From an uncultured virus (IMG/VR IMGVR_UViG_3300020189_000007) (Duplodnaviria > Heunggongvirae > Uroviricota > Caudoviricetes), in IMG/VR virus record IMGVR_UViG_3300020189_000007: 64,000 bases of DNA; one strand, 5' to 3'. The translations under genes and the position numbers were made by a program. Shown here one piece after another: positions 10,569 through 20,272 of the stretch. The notes under the pieces are model-generated. The model made no database searches and was not told the DNA's origin. It worked only from the letters and a program-made list of their open reading frames with translations. Positions within the stretch are counted from its first letter, which is position 1, and each line of letters starts with the position of its first letter.

Positions 10569-10891
10569 TGTTGTTCTCCAACGACTTCTTCTTCAGCAAT
10601 TTCTCTTTTCAGAGAATTTGAAAGCGAATACGCAATGTCCAGTGTTGCGTCCCTACACGCTATCATGTCCCTTTGTAGCGACTTTATCTCTGGACTGTCA
10701 GAAAATAAAGGAATTGCGAGAATTCTCTCCATTGACTCGACCTTGCTATCAAGTACTTCTATACTGTCTTCCAGAGTGTCCTGTACGTTAAGTATCGTTA
10801 CACCCAGGGTGTACAGTTTAAATCCCATCCATCCTAATAAACATAAGAGGATAGCCAGAACAAAAAGAAGTATTATCTCAAGATAAGTCAA
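10565..10891 (-). CDS. Membrane-anchored coiled-coil protein
   Basis: Hydrophobic N-terminus (IILLFVLAILLCLLGW) followed by an acidic heptad region. Confidence 0.65.
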   Translation of the reverse strand: MTYLEIILLFVLAILLCLLGWMGFKLYTLGVTILNVQDTLEDSIEVLDSKVESMERILAIPLFSDSPEIKSLQRDMIACRDATLDIAYSLSNSLKREIAEEEVVGEQQ

Positions 10892-12053
10892 TTAAGTCAC
10901 CTAGCGCTTCATCATATTTCGTAAACACAGACTCAATAGAAAAAAGTTCTCTAATCTTGCTTGCGCTATTGCTTGCCCATTCCGTGGGTGGTCGATGAGA
11001 GTCTTTAAATTTTCTCACACGACTCTTAAAGTGCTTTTCGCTAGGCTCAGCCCATCTTGCGCCTTTTACCCATATTCTTCCGTCTTGCATGGCTTCCGGT
11101 ATTTCCCTTAAGGAAAATTTAATATCTAAGAACTTCGTGTGTTTTAGGAAATCTAGATGACCAGAGTGTCCTGTTGCAATAACAGGTAAACCATTGGCGG
11201 CGGCATCAAGAATTGGAAGTCCCCATCCTTCTCCTCTAGTGGGAGCTACAAGCGCCTTTACCTTATCATGCCTGTATACAGCACCGATTTCGTTAGGATC
11301 CATGAGCCCATGGACAATATGAATGCGAGGGTACTCACCTTTTCGGACCATAGATAGAACTTGAGTGATTGTAGATGTTGCATATGACCGATCCTGGACA
11401 GTCATTCTTCCCAGGTTAGTCTTTATGATAATCCCCACGTCTTCTCTTCCCTCAAATTCTTCGCACAACCACTTTAGACAATTAAAAGTGTTTTTTCTGT
11501 CTGTTTCCGCATTATGTGCTGTTATCTGACCGAACATCAGAAAATTAAAATCAGTGCTAATTTTGTCGAGCCTTTTAGTAACCTCAATGGAACCGGGTGT
11601 CTGTTCAAATCCACATGTAGTAGCCTCTGGAATATTTACAAGTTTGTCCTTCGCTAGTCCGCCGTTAAGCAAAGCCACTTTTGAGTACTCACTCGGAACG
11701 ACTACCCTGTCCATTTTTTCGCAAGCAGAAATCCACTTCATGCTACACTTGTCTGCCTCTATTCCTGCTGTTACACCGATATTAACCTTGCCCAAGGTAG
11801 GGTCCCACTCATCTGGCAGCTGCACTTGAATCGTTAAATCTGGTTTCGTAGTGGGTGGACTGGAATTTGCCATCACATCGCCGATGACCCCATCCTCAGC
11901 TTCAGGATCTACGTAATAAGTGCACGTTCCCCAAGGGACGATGTTGGCATACACTTGCCAACCGGGTTTCGATCTCGCCCACTTCCATATCTGCCTAGTA
12001 TGGCATCCATATCCAGTTACGCTGAGCAATGGACCTCTAATTAAAACAATCAT
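10878..12053 (-). CDS. Glycosyltransferase, GT-B/GT4
   Basis: PTRGEGWGLPILDAAANGLPVIAT is the GT4 E-x7-E(D) motif. Confidence 0.9.
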   Translation of the reverse strand: MIVLIRGPLLSVTGYGCHTRQIWKWARSKPGWQVYANIVPWGTCTYYVDPEAEDGVIGDVMANSSPPTTKPDLTIQVQLPDEWDPTLGKVNIGVTAGIEADKCSMKWISACEKMDRVVVPSEYSKVALLNGGLAKDKLVNIPEATTCGFEQTPGSIEVTKRLDKISTDFNFLMFGQITAHNAETDRKNTFNCLKWLCEEFEGREDVGIIIKTNLGRMTVQDRSYATSTITQVLSMVRKGEYPRIHIVHGLMDPNEIGAVYRHDKVKALVAPTRGEGWGLPILDAAANGLPVIATGHSGHLDFLKHTKFLDIKFSLREIPEAMQDGRIWVKGARWAEPSEKHFKSRVRKFKDSHRPPTEWASNSASKIRELFSIESVFTKYDEALGDLIDLS

Positions 12054-12055
12054 CC

Positions 12056-13321
12056 TTACAACTCCTTGATCTCATAACGTGGGACAACCCTCTTTCCTTC
12101 TTTCCAGTCTTCTACGAGTTTAAGAAGAGAATCATGCCACAAGTCAATAGTTTTTTGCATCGCAAACTCTTCTTGAACATATTCCATAGCTTTCTGGCCG
12201 AGCTGCTCTCTTTCTTGCTTAGACATAGAGTACAGCTTATTTATCGCCTCAGCAGTATCTTCGACAGAGCAATAGTCTTCGTATATGTACGGAACATTTT
12301 GAGACCCCACGAGAGTCTTTGTTACAATGTCAAGAGCCACACCATTTTCAGACCCGTCACGATGATCAACAACTTGTCTTGTCAATCCACCCGTCTTACA
12401 AGCGATAATTGGATTCCCGACCTTCATTGCCTCTAAAGTTGCAAGACCAAAACCTTCTGCAAAAGCTATATTAATACATGCATCTGATATGTTGTGAAGA
12501 ACATTCATCTGTTCAAATCCAACACGCTCTCTTGAAAATTTCACAGTATCCAAGATACCCAGCTTTTGAGAAGTAGCCATCAAATTCGGTCCTTCTTGAT
12601 CATGAGGGTCAGTGTGCATCAGTAACATCACGTTCTTGCGCTGTTCCCCATCTAGCTTATCTAGAAACAACTTCCAAGACCATAGTACGTCATTTGGTCT
12701 TTTTCTCTTAGCATTCCTGTTGACCCAAAAAAGAACAAACTTGTCTTCAGAATTTGGACCAAGCAGTTGTTGCCTAAAGCTCTTTTTTTGATTCTCAGGG
12801 AGCTTAAAGAACAATTCATCTGGTAGAGCATGAGGTATGAAGTTTGTTCTATCAGGAAACTTTTCTTTGACTATTCCATAAGTCAGGTACGAGTGACAAT
12901 TTATTAAGTCTGTTGATGCATAAAAGTCGTCATTAAAATCAGGAGACGGATAGTTGTCCCAAACGTGCCAATAAGCGATAGGACAAACTTGGTGGATTTC
13001 GTCTTCCATTGCCCACAGCCAAGTATAAAAGCGCGGGTCGGTAAAGATCATGAGTACATCTGGCTTCTCTGTTGCAAGAAGAACTCGTATCATATCTGGG
13101 TTACCGAACCCGTCAATGGGCTTTATGATAAACTCTGGGTGCGGTGCTTGGACGTCATAACTGCTGTGCTTCATTGCGGCACCTAGCTGCCTGACTGTCC
13201 AATTTCCCTTTTCTATCAGTCCATTCATCAAGAATCGTGACTGACAACCTACACCAGATGTGCTCAAGGCGTGGTCTGATATTAGAAGTATTTTTAATTT
13301 TTTGTTTTGATTTTCACTCAT
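12056..13321 (-). CDS. Glycosyltransferase, GT-B/GT4
   Basis: VNRNAKRKRP and AEGFGLATLEAMKVGNPII motifs. Confidence 0.9.
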   Translation of the reverse strand: MSENQNKKLKILLISDHALSTSGVGCQSRFLMNGLIEKGNWTVRQLGAAMKHSSYDVQAPHPEFIIKPIDGFGNPDMIRVLLATEKPDVLMIFTDPRFYTWLWAMEDEIHQVCPIAYWHVWDNYPSPDFNDDFYASTDLINCHSYLTYGIVKEKFPDRTNFIPHALPDELFFKLPENQKKSFRQQLLGPNSEDKFVLFWVNRNAKRKRPNDVLWSWKLFLDKLDGEQRKNVMLLMHTDPHDQEGPNLMATSQKLGILDTVKFSRERVGFEQMNVLHNISDACINIAFAEGFGLATLEAMKVGNPIIACKTGGLTRQVVDHRDGSENGVALDIVTKTLVGSQNVPYIYEDYCSVEDTAEAINKLYSMSKQEREQLGQKAMEYVQEEFAMQKTIDLWHDSLLKLVEDWKEGKRVVPRYEIKEL

Positions 13322-13400
13322 TGTAAGCCCTGTCTAAATGTTGGGTACCTTGTGAGTAATCATATCAAAACGATTTCAGAAGTATATTTATCTAATGAGA

Positions 13401-14279
13401 CTATCCTGGACAGTTCGTTGTCCCCTTGAACTCACAGAACAAGCATGAGTCTCTATTCTTCAGAAAAATGCCGCGGCGGACTGTCTTTACCATACTTCTC
13501 ATAATCGATAGAGCATTCTCTTCCGCTTTAGGACCAACAGACACTTTTACTAGCTCACAAGTGTTGCCTTTCTTGGCACCTCGTTTGAGAAGTACAAACC
13601 CGCATTTAACTTGCTTTGTATCTAAATCATTCTTTCTCATCCAGAATGACTTGTATAAAGCAATTTGAGCCCATGTTAGTATGTCTCTTCTCTTGGACGC
13701 GTACCACCCTTTATCACCGGCGGTCTTCCAGTCAAGAACATAATAGAATTCTTTCCCCTTAATCTTTACCTTAAGAAGAGCATCGATAAAGCCCTTGAAG
13801 AAAATGTCATAACCTTCCACAAACTCATAGAGTTCTTCTTCTGCTGATACTGTTTCCCACTCATCAAATTCAGAATCTAGAAATTGTGGGATTTCATTAA
13901 GACAGTTTTCAGCCCACTCAAGCCATTCACTTAAATAATTGTGCGGCTTAGGCTTCCACCCTTGTGAAGAGCGATAGTCGGCTTGAGCCTTTATCCATAC
14001 ATCAGAATCGAAGCCGTGCTTTTCCCACTCTGCTTTAATCTGATCAAGAGCTATAGAAACGTCCATAGAGCGGGTCTTTAAAAAATCCTCTAGCGCAGCA
14101 TGGACCGCTGTACCATAAGAAAGATACGGACTTGGCTCATCAACAGAGATCTTGTCTATGTAAGTAAGTTTGTGTCTATACGGACACTCTTTCCATGTAC
14201 GAATCTCAGAGTATGAAACGTGGGGTTTACTAGTCGGAAATTGCACTAAGGCAACTCTGTTATCTAATTCATCACTCAT
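13401..14279 (-). CDS. PD-(D/E)XK exonuclease, Cas4/AddB-like
   Basis: SYSEI..WKECP, GTAVH, GFIDAL, LDWKT, QIALY and C-terminal CLFCEFK..NC (Fe-S staple cysteines). Confidence 0.85.
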   Translation of the reverse strand: MSDELDNRVALVQFPTSKPHVSYSEIRTWKECPYRHKLTYIDKISVDEPSPYLSYGTAVHAALEDFLKTRSMDVSIALDQIKAEWEKHGFDSDVWIKAQADYRSSQGWKPKPHNYLSEWLEWAENCLNEIPQFLDSEFDEWETVSAEEELYEFVEGYDIFFKGFIDALLKVKIKGKEFYYVLDWKTAGDKGWYASKRRDILTWAQIALYKSFWMRKNDLDTKQVKCGFVLLKRGAKKGNTCELVKVSVGPKAEENALSIMRSMVKTVRRGIFLKNRDSCLFCEFKGTTNCPG

Positions 14280-14307
14280 AAAGAATATTATACTTTATTT
14301 TGTGACT

Positions 14308-14871
14308 TTACACAGCCACCAATATATCTTTCTCAGAAGAAACAGATGGCCAATAGGATATGCTATAGTCAAACGGTAAGTTGTTTATTGCTGAGATTAT
14401 TTTTTCAAGATTTATGGCATCAGGTGATCTATCACCCCACGGTGCTGAACCTTCTATTATGCTTATGTCATCAACCAAGATCACTGGCTTTTGCCTCATC
14501 ACGCTAAGGGAGTTAATCTCTTGCACAACTGGACACGTCTCGAGTGGTTGACAAACAGCTCCATTTAGTGGATTGTCTATGTGGGCATCCAGCCAAAAAA
14601 CAACCTTGTCATCCAATATAGAGCTTAAGTGGTTGCCTAAATTCGCACTGTCATCAGGTATCACAAAGTATCTATTTTCAGCAATCTCTTTTTTAAACGT
14701 GTCTTTTCCCCTGTCTACGAATCTTTGCAACAGCTCAATAGACACCACTTTTTCAAAACCCATGTCGAGAGCAATCCTCGCAGAATACCCATGATATAAT
14801 CCAGTCTCAAAAAAGACAGTACAGTTGTGTTTTTCCTTTACTTCTTTTAAAAGTTGCTCAGGTATTGCCAT
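14308..14871 (-). CDS. SAM-dependent methyltransferase-like protein
   Basis: FFETGLYHG, VSIEL, FWLDAH and ILVDD motifs. Confidence 0.6.
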   Translation of the reverse strand: MAIPEQLLKEVKEKHNCTVFFETGLYHGYSARIALDMGFEKVVSIELLQRFVDRGKDTFKKEIAENRYFVIPDDSANLGNHLSSILDDKVVFWLDAHIDNPLNGAVCQPLETCPVVQEINSLSVMRQKPVILVDDISIIEGSAPWGDRSPDAINLEKIISAINNLPFDYSISYWPSVSSEKDILVAV

Positions 14872-15851
14872 TATTGTCTTCCTTGTTCTTTGCTTAACAT
14901 CTTTAGGTCTGACTCATACATCATCCTAGCTAGTCCGTCTAAATCAACTGTTGCTTTCCACCCAAGCCTTTCTGTTGCCTTTGTAGCGTCTCCCAAAAGA
15001 AGAGGAACCTCATGAGGTCTGAACAGACGAGAGTCTATTTCTACATATTTTTCTACATCAAGACCTGCTATCTCAAAGACTTTGTGCAGAAACTCCTTGA
15101 CTGTCGACGTTTCGCCTGTAGCAATTACATAGTCATCTGGCGATTCCTGCTGCAGCATTCTCCACATTGCCTCCACATAATCACCAGCAAAACCCCAGTC
15201 TCTTTTTGCGTCTAGATTTCCAAGATAAAGCTTGTCTTGGAGCCCGAGCTTTATTCTCGCAGCAGCCAGCGTAATTTTTCTCGTGACAAATGTTTCGCCA
15301 CGTCGAGGGCTTTCATGATTAAACAAGATACCGCTAGATATATGCATTCCGTAAGACTCTCTATAGTTCCTACAGAGATTGTGGGCAAATACTTTTGCAC
15401 ATGCGTATGGGCTTGCTGGTTGCAGAGCTGTTGTCTCTGACTGCGGCACAGTCGGATTGTCTCCAAACATCTCTGAAGAACTTGCTTGGTAAACCTTTAT
15501 TGTTGGATCGACGTGTCTAACTGCTTCTAGAATCTTTAAAGTACCCATCACGATAGTATCAACGGTCTCGACAGGTACATCAAATGAAACCTTAACGTGC
15601 GATTGAGCAGCTAAGTTGTAAAACTCTTGTGGTTTATATTTCTCAATCAGCCTGTATAACGTTGTGGCGTCGTGAAGAGAATAATATTCCAGTGATAACA
15701 TCGGGTTATCGAACAAGTGGTCTATTCTATCAGTCGACAGGATACTTGTTCTTCTCTTGAGACCAACCACTCTGTAACCTTTGTTTAGTAACAGTTCTGC
15801 TAAGTAAGAGCCATCCTGTCCTGTTATACCAGTTACCATCGCTGTCTTCAT
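14871..15851 (-). CDS. gmd: GDP-mannose 4,6-dehydratase
   Basis: TGITGQDGSYLAELLL, NLAAQSHV, QASSSEMFG, SPYACAK, FNHESPRRGETFVTRKI, GNLDAKRDWG. Confidence 0.97.
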   Translation of the reverse strand: MKTAMVTGITGQDGSYLAELLLNKGYRVVGLKRRTSILSTDRIDHLFDNPMLSLEYYSLHDATTLYRLIEKYKPQEFYNLAAQSHVKVSFDVPVETVDTIVMGTLKILEAVRHVDPTIKVYQASSSEMFGDNPTVPQSETTALQPASPYACAKVFAHNLCRNYRESYGMHISSGILFNHESPRRGETFVTRKITLAAARIKLGLQDKLYLGNLDAKRDWGFAGDYVEAMWRMLQQESPDDYVIATGETSTVKEFLHKVFEIAGLDVEKYVEIDSRLFRPHEVPLLLGDATKATERLGWKATVDLDGLARMMYESDLKMLSKEQGRQ

Positions 15852-15889
15852 AAAGTACTCCCTAAATAATAAATTTAGTTTTTCAAAGT

Positions 15890-17056
15890 CTAGTTTACAG
15901 AACCAATGATGATTTCACAAATTCTGTCTATGTCTTCTTCTTTGAAAGATTGATTGTTTGGAACATACATTCCGCTGTTGTCCACCACACTTGCATTCTT
16001 GAGATGCAAAACGCCATACTTACGAGTGTACATGGGTTGAGTGCCCATTGAACCAGCGATAAGTGGCCGACACTCAACTCCCGCAGATATCAAAGAACCT
16101 GCAATCTTATCTCTATTTTCATGGATGATGGGGAAGCAAAAATTAGATGTGAAATTCTCTGGACTGTTTTTAGGCAACCAAATCCCTGATTCACTTAAGT
16201 TTGACATGTACAGTTGAAAATTTCTTTCTCTAATTTTGCAAACTTCGTCTAATTTTTCTAGTTGTCGAAAGCCCAACTTTGCTTGAAGATCTGTGGCTCT
16301 TACATTGAATCCAGGATAATAAAATTTGTAAAGAGCGTCAAACTCTTTAACGTTGTACTCTTTCCTGTATCTTTCTTTTCTGTCTTCGCTCCAGTCGCGA
16401 TCCCAACCGTGGTTCCTTATACTTAACAATATATCTGCTAAATTATCATCATCTGTGCATATCATACCACCCTCTATGGTAGATATGTGGTGACCAAAAT
16501 AAAGAGAGAAACTCGACATCGTTCCGAATGTACCAAGCTTCCGGCCGCTGAACATAGAACCTAATGATTCGCATGTGTCTTCTAAGACAATCACGTTATT
16601 ATCATCGCAGAGCTTCATGAGCTTATCCATATCTGGAACAAGTCCAAGTACAGAGACTAGCATAAGAGCTTTCGGTTTTTTATCCTTAATTAATTGCTCA
16701 AGGTGTTCTAGATCCACAGACAGGTCTTCCATGTTACAATCGCAAAGGATCGGTCTCAATCCAAACTGCATTACGGGAGATAAGTCTGTAGCCCATGATA
16801 TTGCCGGAACGATAATCGAATCGCCGTGGTTTATTTTTCCATCGACTATCAAGGAATACAACATAAGAAGATTCGCTGAGCTTCCTGAATTTACATAAAT
16901 TGCTCTTTTTGACCCAAGCCAAGAAGCCCACCTTGATTCGAATTCTTTGGTCAAAGGTCCCTTTGTTAGTCTAGGATACGTCTTCAACCACTCGATTAGC
17001 TCATCGATGTCGGAATTATCAATGGTATCTTTCACCAGAGGATATCTAATGCTCAT
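15890..17056 (-). CDS. colD: DegT/DnrJ-fold PLP enzyme, ColD-type GDP-4-keto-6-deoxymannose 3-dehydratase
   Basis: NSGSSANLL, EDTCESLG and SLYFGHHISTIEGG, with His at the usual Schiff-base Lys position; no E1-type Fe-S Cys motif after HGW; ATGA overlap with the GT11 stop. Confidence 0.75.
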   Translation of the reverse strand: MSIRYPLVKDTIDNSDIDELIEWLKTYPRLTKGPLTKEFESRWASWLGSKRAIYVNSGSSANLLMLYSLIVDGKINHGDSIIVPAISWATDLSPVMQFGLRPILCDCNMEDLSVDLEHLEQLIKDKKPKALMLVSVLGLVPDMDKLMKLCDDNNVIVLEDTCESLGSMFSGRKLGTFGTMSSFSLYFGHHISTIEGGMICTDDDNLADILLSIRNHGWDRDWSEDRKERYRKEYNVKEFDALYKFYYPGFNVRATDLQAKLGFRQLEKLDEVCKIRERNFQLYMSNLSESGIWLPKNSPENFTSNFCFPIIHENRDKIAGSLISAGVECRPLIAGSMGTQPMYTRKYGVLHLKNASVVDNSGMYVPNNQSFKEEDIDRICEIIIGSVN

Positions 17057-17829
17057 ATTCTTTTCCATCTTTGCGGTATCACATCTTCAGTGTTTAAGTG
17101 AGAATTATTTTGACCAAACCACTGCTTTGGAGCTATAACTTCATCGTCAAAACTTCCTAGCCATGCTCCCCACCAGCTGAACGATGAATTTGCGATTATC
17201 TTACTCGACATCTTCGAAAATAGAAACAACTCAACTACATCGTTTTCATTAGCAACATATGTGTGTTGGTCTCCGAACTTCTGCTTGCACCACTGTATAT
17301 CGTCGCTAAAGAACACTTTTTTCTTATTAGAAAATTTACTTAATGCATCTGTGTAGTACGGTGAGTTTTCAGCAAGATTTGTGTGGACATCAGACAACTT
17401 CACATAATCACCTCTTCTTACGTGAACCGCTACACACTCACCAAAGTTAATAACTTCAGTATATCTTTCCACTCTTTCAGTGATATATTCAGAGGGCGAA
17501 AAAAGCTCCAGTATTCTATCCCTCTGGTGTACAAAATACTTTTCACTTTGAAAGTACCCGTCTAATAGTAGTCCGTCTTGATAGCCTATCTTGCTGTAAT
17601 GGAATCCAGGTTCTCTATAGATACTTTTTATCCACGAAAAGTCATATCCATACACAATGTTTCTTAATACAGTATTTGCGTAAAAGGTTCTTTCATAGAT
17701 ATTGGGTGTAGCACCCTCAATGCCAAGTGGGAATATGCATCTGTCACCATTATCTAGAGCGAGAGCGTGTGCTGTTGCGATCTGAAACAACTGGTTTCCC
17801 AGCCTTCCCTTTAGATTACATGTGATCAT
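17053..17829 (-). CDS. Alpha-1,2-fucosyl/colitosyltransferase (GT11)
   Basis: GRLGNQLFQ, GYFQSEKYF, HVRRGDY, FSDDIQWC, NSSFSWWGAWL. Confidence 0.92.
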   Translation of the reverse strand: MITCNLKGRLGNQLFQIATAHALALDNGDRCIFPLGIEGATPNIYERTFYANTVLRNIVYGYDFSWIKSIYREPGFHYSKIGYQDGLLLDGYFQSEKYFVHQRDRILELFSPSEYITERVERYTEVINFGECVAVHVRRGDYVKLSDVHTNLAENSPYYTDALSKFSNKKKVFFSDDIQWCKQKFGDQHTYVANENDVVELFLFSKMSSKIIANSSFSWWGAWLGSFDDEVIAPKQWFGQNNSHLNTEDVIPQRWKRI

Positions 17830-18755
17830 CTAACTCCCCTTATATTTGGGTAGTTTTTCTTAAACCAATCGATTGTTACCTTCAGTCCTGTATCGAAGTC
17901 TGTATACATATCGTTAGACCAGCCTAAACCTATGAATTTAGAGTTGTCGCTTGGCTTTCTAAACTGTCCAGCAGGCTTTGTTGGATCCCACTCTATACTA
18001 CCCTTGTAATCTAAAATATCGCATGTCTTTTCCACGATTTGTTTGATACTAACCTCCCCTATGTTTCCTACGTTCACAGGGTCGGCATCTTCATACTTTT
18101 CAAGTAAAAAAATCAAACACTTAGCTATATCGTCAGAGAAAGTAAACTCTCTTAAGGGACTACCGTCTCCCCAGAAAATTGGTGTGCTATTATTAATTTT
18201 CGCTTCCCATATCTTTCTTATGATGGCTGGAATCACATGACTATTCTCAAGATCAAAGTTGTCATAAGGGCCATACAGATTGTTTGGCACGGCGCAGATG
18301 TAGTTTCTATCATATTGTCTTCGAAGTGCTCTAGAGTGTACATCTAGCATCCTCTTTGCATACGCATATCCAAAGTTGCTTACATGAGGTGGACCAAGAT
18401 GAATTTGATCTTCAGTTAATGGGTAAACTGCGTCATCTGGATATATACACGTAGAAAGTAGCGATAGCACTTTTGTTACACCAGCCTCGTGACAACAGTC
18501 AAGGATATTGGTATTCATCAAGGTATTCTCGGTATAAAAGTCTGCGACGAAATCAGTGTTACCCTTGACACCACCCACCTTTGCAGCAAGATGTATAACG
18601 GCATCAGGCTCCACTTTATCAATCACTGATAATACTTCGGACCGATTTGCTAAATCCGCATCTTGGCGGCCTATAGTGATGATTGTGTGAGTGGTGTCTA
18701 CACGGTTAAATGCAGATCCAACCATCCCATGCCCACCTGTAACTAGTATCTTCAT
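17826..18755 (-). CDS. fcl: GDP-L-fucose synthase / GDP-colitose synthase (Fcl/ColC family)
   Basis: GGHGMVG, HLAAKVGG, STCIYP, YAYAKR, NLYGPYDNF, SHVIPA, WGDGSPLREF. Confidence 0.9.
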   Translation of the reverse strand: MKILVTGGHGMVGSAFNRVDTTHTIITIGRQDADLANRSEVLSVIDKVEPDAVIHLAAKVGGVKGNTDFVADFYTENTLMNTNILDCCHEAGVTKVLSLLSTCIYPDDAVYPLTEDQIHLGPPHVSNFGYAYAKRMLDVHSRALRRQYDRNYICAVPNNLYGPYDNFDLENSHVIPAIIRKIWEAKINNSTPIFWGDGSPLREFTFSDDIAKCLIFLLEKYEDADPVNVGNIGEVSIKQIVEKTCDILDYKGSIEWDPTKPAGQFRKPSDNSKFIGLGWSNDMYTDFDTGLKVTIDWFKKNYPNIRGVR

Positions 18756-18885
18756 AGATAAACCTTATTTGCGGAACGACATGTTTACACATTACGCTAC
18801 GTACTACTTCTATTTATATTAAGAAAAACGAAGGAATAGTGAAATACAACACTCTAGATAGTTGTAAAGCTGTCTGTATAGCTAC

Positions 18886-19563
18886 TCACAGCATTTCATA
18901 ACCAAACTCTGCAAAATCTCTCTCATATATTTCGTTCACTATTGAAATAAATTCAGGGTCGCGTTTCATAGAGCTAGAGTCTACTGGTTTACTACTCTTA
19001 TTAACATGTATAGGGCTGACGTCTTTTTTTAGTAAGCCCTTTATTCCCTCTATAGAATGATCCATATCGTCAATCGAAACGATTAGATCTATGCCAATCT
19101 CAGGATGCTTAATAAAGTTGTGCATTGAAGCCAACCCATGCATCGTCCAGTTCCCAAAAGGAAAGTTCTCTCTTATCAAGTCTAGAGAAGATATAGACGA
19201 AAGCTCGTCTAAATTCTTTATTCTATTAGAGTGTGATTTCAAGAGGTTGGTGAATTCTTTGAAGCTAATGCCTCTCGGTTTTGCGGCGTATGTCCAACAC
19301 GAATATATTCTATCATACGGATTTCTGATCGAGGCTACCTTCTTAAACCTTCTTACTTTTTCTATTCCGTGCATTAAGCAAAAGTCTTCTAACGTAAAGT
19401 TACCGGAATTTATCTTGTTAGGTCCTCCTGCGCCGAGGATAGAAGCGAAAGTCTGACTACCTGTTTTCGGCACACCTACAAAAAATAAGCTATTACTTTC
19501 CGATATACCTTGCTCTAAATTCCAGTGTTCATTATGCTCTAGTTTACTTGACATAATATACAC
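18886..19563 (-). CDS. Sulfotransferase (family 2-like)
   Basis: 5'-PSB-like VPKTGSQT, 3'-PB-like RNPYDRIYSCW, C-terminal YERDFAEFGY. Confidence 0.75.
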   Translation of the reverse strand: MYIMSSKLEHNEHWNLEQGISESNSLFFVGVPKTGSQTFASILGAGGPNKINSGNFTLEDFCLMHGIEKVRRFKKVASIRNPYDRIYSCWTYAAKPRGISFKEFTNLLKSHSNRIKNLDELSSISSLDLIRENFPFGNWTMHGLASMHNFIKHPEIGIDLIVSIDDMDHSIEGIKGLLKKDVSPIHVNKSSKPVDSSSMKRDPEFISIVNEIYERDFAEFGYEML

Positions 19564-20257
19564 CCTTGAACTTCTCAGTTATTGCGCTTCCATATCTGGA
19601 CGCAAAGAGCCGTTTTTGGTCAGCATATTGATCTGGACGATTTAAAGACTGGTCGTTCAAAGCGCTATTGTCATGTGGTGTAAGTTTTTTTGTCAAAGAC
19701 TTATCACATCTTCTCACTGCCTCGCTAGCCGTATCAACAGTACCGCCCATTCCCAAAAAAGTAGATATTGCCATCAGCTTTCCAACAGGATCGTCTTTCA
19801 AATCCTCGTACGTCAATGACATAAAATTCTTGACATCACTGTTATTGGATAACCAACGCTTAAGATGAGCGTAGTATTCTTGTGATATCTTTTCAACGTC
19901 CTGGTCTAAACGTTCATTAGTCTTGCCGTCCCAGGAAGGTAGTAGATTTTTTTCGTACCTAAGTTGTGAGAATATCGTGTCTATTGGATCCCTGTAAAGG
20001 TATAACACATTCTTTAGTCCTATAACAGGACCCTCTGTATGGTGTGGTTCTTTTATCAACCTATTATGGATATGAAATCCCCAGCATTTAACGGGATTCG
20101 GATCAAAAAAACTTTGAACGTAAGAAGGCATGCCCAGGTGGACCTCCAGCATCATCCTTAGCCAGTGTGAGCCTGTTCTTGGGTAGGAAACCAATCTTGG
20201 AAAAGACATATCATCGAATATGTTTCTATCCTCTAACTGTTGCGTTATGTCATACAT
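19544..20257 (-). CDS. Sulfotransferase (family 1-like)
   Basis: SYPRTGSHWLR, YRDPIDTIFS, TYEDLK. Confidence 0.8.
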   Translation of the reverse strand: MYDITQQLEDRNIFDDMSFPRLVSYPRTGSHWLRMMLEVHLGMPSYVQSFFDPNPVKCWGFHIHNRLIKEPHHTEGPVIGLKNVLYLYRDPIDTIFSQLRYEKNLLPSWDGKTNERLDQDVEKISQEYYAHLKRWLSNNSDVKNFMSLTYEDLKDDPVGKLMAISTFLGMGGTVDTASEAVRRCDKSLTKKLTPHDNSALNDQSLNRPDQYADQKRLFASRYGSAITEKFKGVYYVK

Positions 20258-20272
20258 GCTATTTTCCTTTGT

